From positions 129,580,001 through 129,644,000 of the forward strand of contig OX597819.1 of the NCBI GenBank assembly GCA_951406725.2: a stretch of 64,000 bases of DNA. The letters run 5' to 3'. A program made the translations under genes and the position numbers. The stretch's first letter is position 1. Every line of letters starts with the position of its first letter. Below are positions 23,049 to 35,500 of this stretch, in pieces. The DNA comes from Octopus vulgaris. Its lineage: Eukaryota. Under the pieces are notes generated by a model. It had not been told where the DNA came from. It did not search any database and saw nothing but the letters and a program-made list of their open reading frames with translations.

Positions 23049-26000
23049 TCATCTTTATTATTTATTCCACAATAAAAGAAAATATAACTGTAAAGACAGA
23101 ATAAAAAATTGCATTTTAAAAACTAGGCTTTATTTTATTCTAATAATGTGTAACCTTTTTTTTTTTTATTTCTCTTTAGATATTTTGTCATCAGCATTTG
23201 GTAACCTCCAGGCATCATGTCAGGTAAGCATCTTTTACGAAAAAGAAAAATATCGAAATATCTCCCCCAAAATTTAAATATCAGTTTTTACCATTCTGCC
23301 ATGTCACGTTGATGATGATGATGATGATGATGGTGGTAGCAGTGGTGGCAGCCATTGTCATCATCATCATCATCATCATCATCATAACCACTGTTGGCCA
23401 CATGTCATCTTGTAGTAATTTTTCTGATTTTACATAAAAACTTTAAATATACAGATGTATGTGTGTGTGTCATTGCATACCTATTTCTTTACTACCCACA
23501 AGGAGCTAAACACAGAGAGGACAAACAAGGACAGACAAACGGATTAAGTCGATTATATCAACCCCCAGTGCATAACTGGTACTTATTTAATCGACCCTGA
23601 AAGGATAAAAGGCAAAGTCGACCTCGATGGAATTTGAACTCAGAATGTAGCGGCAGACGAAATACCTATTTCTTTACTACCCACAAGGAGCTAAACACAG
23701 AGAGGACAAACAAGGACAGACAAACGGATTAAGTCGATTATATCAACCCCCAGTGCATAACTGGTACTTATTTAATCGACCCCGAAAGGATAAAAGGCAA
23801 AGTCAACCTCGGTGGAATTTGAACTCAGAACGTAGCGGCAGACGAAATACCTATTTCTTTACTACCCACAAGGGGCTAAACACAGAGAGGACAAACAAGG
23901 ACAGACAAACGGATTAAGTCGATTATATCAACCCCAGTGCATAACTGGTACTTATTTAATCGAACCTGAAAGGATAAAAGGCAAAGTCAACCTCGGTGGA
24001 ATTTGAACTCAGAACGTAGCGGCAGACGAAATACCTATTTCTTTACTACCCACAAGGGGCTAAACACAGAGAAGACAAACAAGGACAGACAAAGGGATTA
24101 AGTCGATTATATCAACCCCAGTGCATAACTGGTACTTATTTAATCGACCCTGAAAGGATAAAAGGCAAAGTCAACCTTGGTGGAATTTGAACTCAGAACG
24201 TAGCGGCAGACAAAATACCTATTTCTTTACTACCCACAAGGGGCTAAACACAGAGAGGACAAACAAGGACAGAAAAAGGGATTAAGTCGATTATATCAAC
24301 CCCAGTGCATAACTGGTACTTATTTAATCGACCCCGAAAGGATAAAAGGCAAAGTCAACCTCGATGGAATTTGAACTCAGAACGTAGCGGCAGACGAAAT
24401 ACCTATTTCTTTACGACCCACAAGGGGCTAAACACAGAGGGGACAAACAAGGACAGACAAACGGATTAAGTCGATTATATCAACCCCAGTGCATAACTGG
24501 TACTTATTTAATCGACCCTGAAAGGATAAAAGGCAAAGTCGACCTCGGTGGAATTTGAACTCAGAACGTAGCGGCAGACGAAATACCTATTTCTTTACTA
24601 CCCACAAGGGGCTAAACACAGAGAGGACAAACAAGGACAGAAAAAGGGATTAAGTCGATTATATCAACCCCAGTGCATAACTGGTACTTATTTAATCGAC
24701 CCTGAAAGGATAAAAGGCAAAGTCAACCTCGGTGGAATTTGAACTCAGAACGTAGCGGCAGACAAAATACCTATTTCTTTACTACCCACAAGGGGCTAAA
24801 CACAGAGAGGACAAACAAGGACAGAAAAAGGGATTAAGTCGATTATATCAACCCCAGTGCATAACTGGTACTTATTTAATCGACCCCGAAAGGATAAAAG
24901 GCAAAGTCAACCTCGATGGAATTTGAACTCAGAACGTAGCGGCAGACGAAATACCTATTTCTTTACTACCCACAAGGGGCTAAACACAGAGAGGACAAAC
25001 AAGGACAGAAAAAGGGATTAAGTCGATTATATCAACCCCAGTGCATAACTGGTACTTATTTAATCGACCCCGAAAGGATAAAAGGCAAAGTCGACCTCGG
25101 TGGAATTTGAACTCAGAACGTAGCGACAGACGAAATACTGCTAAGCATTTCACCCGGCGTGCTAACGTTTCTGCCAGCTTTCCACCCTACTGTGTGTGTC
25201 ATCGCATACCTTTGCACTGACCCCGTTTCAACCGTGCCTGGTGTTGTTTATGTCCTTCATGAGCAAAAAGTCTCGCAGCTTAGACATTTTTAACTTGAGA
25301 AACAAAGGTTGGTATTTAGAAGGATGCCAACGTTAATTAATAGAGTCCTACTGTACCAGATATAAAGGTACATTGGATAGATGTAGTCCTCGGTCCTCTA
25401 TGTCTGACCCCACAACCTCAATTATCACTGTGTAACAAAATCAAAATTCTGTTTTGCCTTTAATCAGTAAGTATTATTTCTTATTTACTTCATCATCATC
25501 ATTTAATGTCCGCTTTCCATGCTAGAATGGGTTGGACGATTTGACTGAGGTCTGGCGAACCAGGCTCCAATCTGATCTGGCAGAGTTTCTACAGCTGGAT
25601 GCCCTTCCTAATGCCAACCACTCCGAGAGTGTAGTGGGTGCTTTTACGTGTCACCAGTACGAGGGCCAGTTTGGTGGTACTGGCAACAGCCACGCTCAAA
25701 TTTTTTTTTTTTTTGGGACTTGGGACACATCCCTTCTTGGGACACAAAACTCTACTTGTGAAGACCTGTTGAGGCGAGTGAGGATCAGAATCGAAATCGA
25801 TCAATGGAAATTGCAGATGTGTTACCAGTGCCGGTGGCATGTCGAAACTCTACTTGTGAAGACCTGTTGAGGCAAGTGAGGATCAGAATCGAAATCGATC
25901 AATGGAAATTGCAGATGTGTTACCAGTGCCGGTGGCATGTAAGAGAACCTTCCATTTCGCGACCGTTGCCAGCGCCGCCCCAACTGGCCTCGTGCTGGTG

Positions 26001-28468
26001 GCACGTAAAAAGCACCATCCGTTCGTGGCCGTTTGCCAGCTCTGTCTGGCATCTGTGCGGGTGGCACGTAAAAAGCACCCACTACACTCACGGAGTGGTT
26101 GGCATTAGGAAGGGCATCCAGCCGTAGAAACACTGCCAGATTTGACTGGGCCTGATGAAGCCTTCTGGCTTCACAGACCCCTGTAGAACCGTCCAACCCA
26201 TGCTAGCATGGAAAGCGGACGCTAAACGATGATGATGATGATGATGACATGCCAACGAAATGTGTCCAACACTTGTTAATGCTGTAATGATATTGGTTTC
26301 GAATTTTTGCAATTATTTTAAATGCATGTGTTAAAAGAATCGTAGTACTCCTGTCTTTCTTAACGAACTCTATTTTCTATTTTGGTTTCCAGTTTAATTA
26401 CATGTTTGATATCAAGTTTCTGATGCAGCAATATGCTCCAGAATTCCGGTGAGTCTCTTTTTTTTATCTTTCACTTGTTTCAGTCATTAGACTGGCCCAT
26501 GCTGGGGCACCATTTTGAAGAATCTTTTAGTTGAATAAATGGACCCCAATACTTATTTTTATTAAGCCTGGTAGTTATTCTGTCAGTCTCTTTTGCTGAA
26601 CTACTAAGTTACAGGGATATAAACACCAATACTGGTTGTCAATTGATAGTGGAAGACAAGTACAGACACACATAGGCAATAGACTGCTCTTTCTAAAAAT
26701 AAGCTCATGGGCTTAAATACAGACTTAAATAATTTTGCTTAAATAACCTTTTTTCTGAAAATAAAAAATTACTAGGGCTATACATGAAAACAGTTTCTGA
26801 AAATAAGCCCATAGGCTTAAAATCAGATGGGCTTATTTTTGGTAAAATCCAGTAATGTTTTTATAATTTTTGTTCGAATAAAATATAGTAAATTTTAAAA
26901 ATGTTATTCTCGGCAATAATATTTCAAGTGCAGCAGAATTTTAATTTTAAGTACTTTTTAGTTTCCTTTAGAGGTGATTAATTAGGCAAATTCTGCTGTA
27001 GAAACCTTGTTCTGTACTTTTCCAGGTGTAATAACTTAAGAATGTTAACATGCATGCACCTGCATTTTTCATTGTAATATGTGTATGTATCATCATCATC
27101 ATCGTTTAATGTCCACTTTCCATGCTAGCATGGGTTGGACGGTTCGATCAGGATCTGGGAATCCAGAGGCTGCACCAAGCTCCAGTCTGATCTGGCAGTG
27201 TTTCTACAGCTGGATGCCCTTCCTAACGCCAACCACTCCGTGAGTGTAGTGGGTGCTTTTTACGTGCCACCTGCACAGGTGCCAGGGGGGTCTGGCATCA
27301 TCCACGATCGGTTGGTGCTTTTAACGTGCCACCGGCATGGAAGCCAGCCAAGGTGGCGCTGGCATCGACCACGTTCGGATGGTGCTTTTTATGTGCCACC
27401 AGCACAGAAGCCAGTCGAGGCGGCACTGGCAACGGCCACGTTCGGATGGTGCTTTTTATGTGCCACCGGCACAGGTATCACAACTACTATTTCCATTGAT
27501 ATTTATTTTGATGTTCATGTATGTATATATATTTTTATTATTCTTCAACAAGAATGTTGTTGACAGTGATTTTGAAGTTTTGGCCCCCAACTATAGCTTA
27601 GCTAGCCAAAACTTCGCAGTCACTGTCAACAACATTGTTTAAGAATTATAAATTTGTACTCTCTGAAAGTATAGAGTAACCCATTCAATTAATGTAACAT
27701 TGTTTTTATTACGACTGAACATAAACACACACACACACACACAAGCTCTGTTATTAGTACCATTAGTGACACAATGAGCTATAATGATATTTTCATATAG
27801 AAAATAAAATTCATCTTTATCAATCCCTCTTATTTCCATATTCTTGAACTAGTTTTCTCTAAATTCCAGGCAAAAACCTGTCCTAATAGTCCACGGGTTT
27901 AAAGGTTCTGAGATGACTGGTTTACAGAATGATGCATCTAAATTCCCCAATGTGTCATTATGTCAAGTAAGTACATTCTACTTCTTATACTCTTCTCAGT
28001 TATTTTCCATTTTATCAAATGCTCTTTTAGCTTTTTTTTTGTTCTAGCTACTCACCATTTGGGATTAGTGAACTTACAGGGATGGAGGCAGTGTGAAATG
28101 GCAAAGGAGGAGACAAATCAGTTTATTGAGCTAAAGGAGAAAGCAGCTCAATTTGTTGAGGCATATGAGGGTTTCTCTCATGGTATCTACCCCAGTTTAG
28201 TTTTTGTCTCATAGAAAACATCCATGTTCAAGTGGAGATAACTATTACCTCTAGTTATCAATATTCTTTTACTCTTTTACTTGTTTCAGTCATTTGACTG
28301 CGGCCATGCTAGAGCACTGCCTTTAGTCGAGCAAATCGACCCCGGGACTTATTCTTTGTAAGCCTAGTACTTATTCTATCAGTCTCTACTGCCGAACCGC
28401 TAAGTGATGGGGACGTAAACACACCAGAATTGGTTGTCAAGCAATGCTAGGGGGACAAACACAGAAAA

Positions 28469-28499
<31 letters not shown>

Positions 28500-31400
28500 C
28501 GACAGGCTTCTTTCAGTTTCCGTCTACCAAATCCACTCACAAGGCATTATTCGGCCCGGGGCTATAGCAGAAGACACTTGCCCAAGATGCCATGCAGTGG
28601 GACTGAACCCGGAACCATGTGGTTGGTTAGCAAGCTACTTACCACACAATTTGTTAACCACAACACCAGCATCTGTTCTAGCATTGTCAATCTATATATC
28701 GCTAGAGGGCAGATAAATTGCTATTGCCTCCAGTGGTTGACTGTCCATCATTGACAAGACCAAACAAGGCTGAAATCACTTGATTGGGGGTCTCAGTACT
28801 GGAGGTGGAAGGGGTTTATCTTCCTGCTAGTGATATAAACAACAGTGTGTTTTGCACTCAAAGCCAATATGCAAGTGGTAACCACTGCAATGTAGTTTGT
28901 TCTAATAGAACATTCATTCTTTAAGTGGGGATAAATATTACCTCTCAGTATTAATAATGCCTCTGTCACTAATATATATATATTTCTTTACTACCCACAA
29001 GGGGCTAAACATAGAGGAGACAAACAAGGACAGACAAAGGGATTAAGTCAATTACATCGACTCCTAGTGCAAAACTGGTACTTTATTTATCGACCCCGAA
29101 AGGATGAAAGGCAAAGTCTACCTTGGTGGAATTTGAACTCAGAACGTAACGACAAACGAAATACCACTAAGCATTTCGCTCAGCGTGCTAACGTTTCTGC
29201 CAGCTCACCACCTCTGTCACTAATATATATAGTTAAGGTAGATTTGTAATGCTTTGTAATGTACTGTTAGAGTACTTTAAATGTTACCTATTCTTTCTGA
29301 TCATGGATTTACCTATAGAGTACCTGATCTCACAGGATTTAATTGGACCCTTCCACCCTCCAGGGCATAATGAACCACAACAAATATTATTGATGAGGGA
29401 CTTTCTGTCTCTGACTAACCTATACCTCTCTGATGACGGTATACTCCCCTTGCAGGGTCTTCACTCAATACAATGCTCCAAAAGCTGGGATATCCAGAAA
29501 CAGCTGTCGGAGACTATTTTTTACTATTTGTTATGTAGCTAAATTAGATTGAATTAAATTGAATTAAATGTCTTTGTCATGTCTTGCCTAATTGTTTGTC
29601 TTTCCTCACTACTTTAACCTAGTGGAGGCACATGGCCTAGTGGTTAGAGCAGCGGACTTGCGGTTGAGGGATCGCAGGTTCGAATCTCAGACTGGATGAT
29701 GTGTGTGTTTATGAGCGAAACACCTAAGCTCCACGCGGCTCCGGCAGAAGGTAATGGCGAACTTCTGCTGACTCTTTCGCAACAACTTTCTCTCACTCTT
29801 TCCTCCTGCATCTTGCAGCTCACCTGCGACGGACTGGTGTCCCGTCCAGGTGGGGGAACCTATACGCCAAGAAACCGGGAAACCGGCCCTTATGAGCCAG
29901 GCGTGGCTCGAGAAGGAACAAACAACAACAACTACTTTAACCTGCATTAAAATATCTTTTTCCAGAATATGCGCTGCTCAAATTGGGTTCTTTCTAATAT
30001 GCCTGTGTGACTTATATGTCATTAAATACAGTAATTTCAGTATTTTTGATATGAAAAAGATAGTTTTGTAAAACTCAAAAAAGCCTTTGATATTTTCTTT
30101 AGCAGTGGTATCTCTGGCCTTTTAAGTCTGAGTTATGATTCAGTATTTTACATACTAAATAAAAATTTGGTAGGGTTTCCCATAGGTAGTATAGAGAGTT
30201 GGAAAGTTCTAATCAACTGAAATTCTCCAAGCAGTTATTCATCAAAAATGAACAACCACCCTGGTTTCACAACGATGCTCATCTACAAGCATCTTGTGAT
30301 GTCTAGACAAGGGTACCCTTCACATTTTACATATATACAGGCTTACCTAAGCTTACATTGGTAATTAGTTCCTAGACATGCGACTTGTAAAAATCACAAA
30401 ACGCAAAAAATCATTTTAAAAATGTATTGACATATATTTGTTTTAATAAATGGTTTATACATATTTTCACATGTATTCCTTTTTTGTTAATGCTCCACTT
30501 CAGTATTTGTTTTTTTTTAGGTATTTTTAAAATCAGATAGAATGACTAAAATATATTTTTGCCATTACTTTCTTTAACCCCCACCCACCCCACCCAGCAG
30601 TGTAAAGTCGAAATAGGCACAGACATGGCTGTATGGTAAGAAGCTTGCTTCCCGACCACATGATTCTGAGTTCAGTCCCACTGTGTGGAACCTTGGGCAA
30701 GTGTCTTCTACTTATAGCCTCAGGCGGACTAAAGCCTTGTGAGTGGATTTGGTAAATAGAAACTGAAAGAAGCCCATCATCAGTGTGCATGTATGACAGA
30801 GTGTAAGTATCTTGAGAGAAAAGTTGGGCATAAGAGGCATCATATGTGGTGTGCAAGCGAGACTACTGTGCTGGTATAGTCATGATGTGTATGGATGAGG
30901 TCAGCTGTGTGAAGAGGTGCTGAACTCTAATGGTGGAGGGAACCTGTCGAAGCGGTCGACCCAGGAAGACATGAGATGAGGTGGTGAAGCATAATCTTCA
31001 AATGTTGGGCCTCGTGAAGGCAATGCCAAGTGACTGAGACCTTTGGCAATATGCTGTGCCAAGTGAAATTGTAGTCGTGGCCGATGCCAGTGTTGTGTTA
31101 TTAGCATGTAAAAAGCATCCTTTGAACGTTAGGCAATGTACTGTGCTTGAGAGGCCCCATCAGGGCCAGTGAAATTGTAATCATGACTGGTGCAAGCGTT
31201 GCGTAACTGGCACCTGTTAATTTGTTAATAGTATTTATGTTCCTCTTTAAGCAGTATTAAATACAGTTTGATATCTTTTTTCATTTCTTAATTCCCTTTT
31301 CTTTTCTATTTTTAGGCCCGTTTAGATATTCCTTTTGGAACTCATCATTCGTGAGTATAATTAATATTAATGAGCATTAATTAATGCTCATGTTTCTTTT

Positions 31401-32457
31401 TATTGTTATTGTTGTCAACTACAGGTTAGATCTTATTGAACAAGATTTATATAAAAAGCATTCCAACCATGACCCTTTTGTCATATTTGTAGACACAATA
31501 TGCTTAGGACCACATTATCAAATGTGTCCCTTTTAATTTTTCAAAGGTAGCAGGTGTGATTTGAAGGAGAGTTATCTACCTGCTATTTCTAGCAAAACGA
31601 ATGCTTGCATGGGATCTGGCTCATTGCCCTGTTGACTTATTGTGGTTGTTTTTGAACCACAGGTCAGTCCTAACCAAGCAAACTTATATATGATCTTAAG
31701 TTTTCCAGCTATGGCCATCCAATCTTATTTCTAAACACTGCATATGGGACCACATTATTCAGTGTGTCCTTTTTATTTCTTAAAACAATGGTATATTATT
31801 TGATGGAGATTTAACTGCTATTTCTCACAAACATATACAGAATCTGTAAGTTGGAATATTGCCATGTTCCACACTTTAAGCATTTTACTCTCCTGCAAAC
31901 TAACCAAACGCCAGTAACATGTCTTGATTGAAAGTTGTTTTGAAAACATCCTCCTGTAAACCACCATACAAGGAAATAACATCCCTGTTGTCTTAAGATA
32001 ACTTCACTAAAGAGAATTCTTATGCAAGCAATATTTTAAACCAGTTCTAACCATTATTTACTCATCATATCAAATAACAGTATTCAGATTTTTCACATAA
32101 TCAATCCCACTGCATATTACCTTGGGCACATGTCTTCTACTGTAGTCTCAGGATAACCAATACCTTGTGGGTGAATTTGGTCGATGGAAAGTGTGTGGAA
32201 GTCTGTCATACATACATACATCCATACATGCATGCATCCATCCATACATGCATCATCATCATCATCATCGTTTGATGTCCGCTTTCCATGCTAGCATGGG
32301 TTGGACGAATGACTGAGGGCTGGTGAGCTAGATAGCTGCACCAGGCTTCAATCTTGATCTGGCAGAGTTTCTGCAGTTGGATGCCCTTCCTAACGCCAAC
32401 CACTCTGAGAGTGTAGTGGGTGCTTTTACGTGCCACTGGCACGGGGGCCAGTCAGGT

Positions 32458-32509
<52 letters not shown>

Positions 32510-35500
32510 CATACATACATGCATAGATACATACGTATGTACATATGAGATGTCATCGGGTGTACCACAGGGATCTGTCCTTGGTCCCCTCTTGTTTGTG
32601 GCATACATTAATGACATAGATGCAAATTTAAAGAATGCCACAGTATTAAAATATGCAGACGACATCAAGCTGTACCTTGAAATCAAGAGGACAGATCCTG
32701 TTGTCTACAGCTCTTTCCTGCAATCAGACCTAGACACAATGCAGCAATGGATCACAGACTGGCAACTGAAACTGGCTGTGGACAAGTGTACCACCATGCA
32801 TTTTGGGAGAAAAACCCTGCGTCCACATACTCCCTCCACAACACTGATATCAAGAAATCCTTTTGTGAGCGTGACCTAGACATCACTGTCAGCAGTGATT
32901 TGCGTTGGACAAAGCATATCTCTAAAATTGTCAAGAAGGCCAAGGGTGTCTTGGCATCACTCAGCAAGACTTTTGTTAGCCGCTCTCCAGCCATCTATTT
33001 AAAACTGTATACAGCTATGGTACAACCACACTTGGAATTCGCATCATCAGTTTGGAACCCCTATCTTGCTCAGAACATTGACCTCCTGGAATCTGTTCAG
33101 AGATGTACAACCAAACGCATACCCTCCATCAGACACCTACCATATTCTGAGCGCCTTGTTTCCCTGGGCATGGATTCACTGAAGCTCCGGCGTCTGGCGA
33201 CGGACTTGGCAAACGCCCACAAAGTTGTCAACCACCTCACCAATAACAACACTGAACACCTTTTTGATCTCCATGTGTCTAACACACGTGGACATGCCTA
33301 CAAAGTCAGAAAACAACACAGCTCCCATGACTTTCGGAAACATTTCTTCACGTTCAGAGTTGCTGAAGCATGGAATAAACTGCCTGCGTCAGTTGTTGAC
33401 TGCCATGACACTGCATCCTTTAAGGCCCTCATGCTTTCCGAAATCCGCCGAAACTACACCTGATTATATATGCACTTTAGATGAGTTGTAGTGCACCTGA
33501 GCACTGTACACAATGTTTATTATTATTATTATTATTATATGTACATACATACCTATGTTTTTGTGTTTGCTCCACGCTTGACAACCAGTGTTGGTTTGCT
33601 TACATCCTCATAACCTAGCAGTTCAGCAAAAGTGACCAGCAGAATAAGTACCAGACTTCAAAACAAGTACTGGTGCCGAGTTCTTGTTGGTCACAGTTCA
33701 ATGATCAAAAACAAGTAAAAGATAAAAGAAGACGTGTTCTGTGTGTGTAAATGTGTTATGTGTATATATACACACAAACCTTTCTCTTTGTTTGTATAAA
33801 ACGTCTTCTTTGATAATGGCCATTTTTTTATAGATTTAAGATTTTTTTTTTATATAGATTTAAGAGCATCTTGTGAATATTCCCTCTCTCTCTTTCGGAG
33901 AGGCACTGAGCAGCTATGCGCACACATACACACACGGCAGTAACTTCCACCTACCGAATTCAATCACAAAGCTCCGGTCGGCTCGGGGCTATAGCAGAAG
34001 ACACTTGCCCAAGATGCCACACAGTGGGACTGAACCCGAAGCCATGTAGCTAGGAAGCAAGCTCCCTAACCACACAGCCATCCCGCGCCTACTATGTTTT
34101 AGACAAACGATATTGAGCTTGTGAATAATGTTGCATTTCATAACTCTTTGCTATAATTTCTTAACTATTTTTTCTTCTTTTATAGAAAGATGATGTTTCT
34201 TCTCTATGACAATGGTATGAGGGTTGTTATTCACACTGCTAACCTTATTCCTGGAGATTGGTACCAGAAAACTCAAGGGTATATATTTTTCTTCATAATA
34301 TTTTTATGTAGGATTCGTTCCAACCTATTCTGATTTACAATAACACATTTACGATATTCTTGCATTTCTTCTTTATCTTTTTACCACTTTCTCACTTTTC
34401 TTGCCCTGTTGGTCAGGCACCTGTGGCTTTTGTGGACTTCCCATGAGTAGCCCTAAAGCACCTGTGGCTTTTGTGGACTTCCCATGAGTAGCCCTAAAGC
34501 ACCTCGCCCTATTGAGAGTTTTATTTGTTTAATTTTGACTGTTGTTTACACGCTTTTAAAACCCTTTGTTTTGTCCTGTTTTGTCCTCTGTTGTTTTATG
34601 TAAGCCCTTGTGGCCAATAAACGAAATATTATTATTATTCGGCCGATGCCAGCGCCGCCCCGACTGGCTCTAGTGCCGGTGGCACATAAAAAACACCATC
34701 CGAACATGGCCGTTGCCAGCGCCGCCTTGGCTGGCTTCCGTGCCGGTGGCACGTTAAAAGCTCCAACCGATCGTGGCCGATGCCGGACCCCCCTGGCACC
34801 TGTGCAGGTGGCACGTAAAAGCACCCACTACACTCGTGGAGTGGTTGGCGTTAGATAGGGCATCCAGCTGTAGAAACACTGCCAGATCAGACTGGAGCCT
34901 GGTGCAGCCCCTGGCTTCCCAAACCCCGGTCGAACCGTCCAACCCATGCTAGCGCGGAAAAAGGACGTTAAACGATGATGATGATGATGATTTGCTTTGT
35001 ATTATATGAGCTGATCCAAATCTCACCCAGTGACTTCAAGACATATTAAGCTAGAATTCTTAGTGTGTGTGTTATTTCAGAGAAAGGCAGCCAAGTTCAA
35101 AGAATTAAGGCTTCGTTAAAAACTTGTTATTTTTTAAGGGCTCTCGTATTTTTGCATTGATAGTATTTTTAGTTAGGAACGATTTTTTGCTGTTCTAAAG
35201 GGTTTTGAATGAGAGTCAAAAACCTTCAGAACTACATGCATGATTCCGGAGCATCAACTCAGACTGGTTGGTCATGTTGCTCAATTTTAGACTTGGATCC
35301 TGCATTTCGTGTTCTTTTCTCTGAGGATCTGGCTGGGGTGAGAGCCCATGTTGGTCAACCACGTGTCATAGGGTCATGGTGGATGAGGAAATATGTTACA
35401 GAGAAGGGGACTAACTGGAACAAATACTGGACAAATGCTCTTCTCTGCAAACTTCTGGTTTTGGTGCTCTTGTTAGAAATGGTTATATGAAAGAATTGGT

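Noticed and set aside
23482-25190. Regular array resembling a CRISPR locus
   Set aside because: Units are contiguous 184-185 bp near-identical repeats without unique spacers, no cas genes, eukaryotic context; they are SINE bodies.
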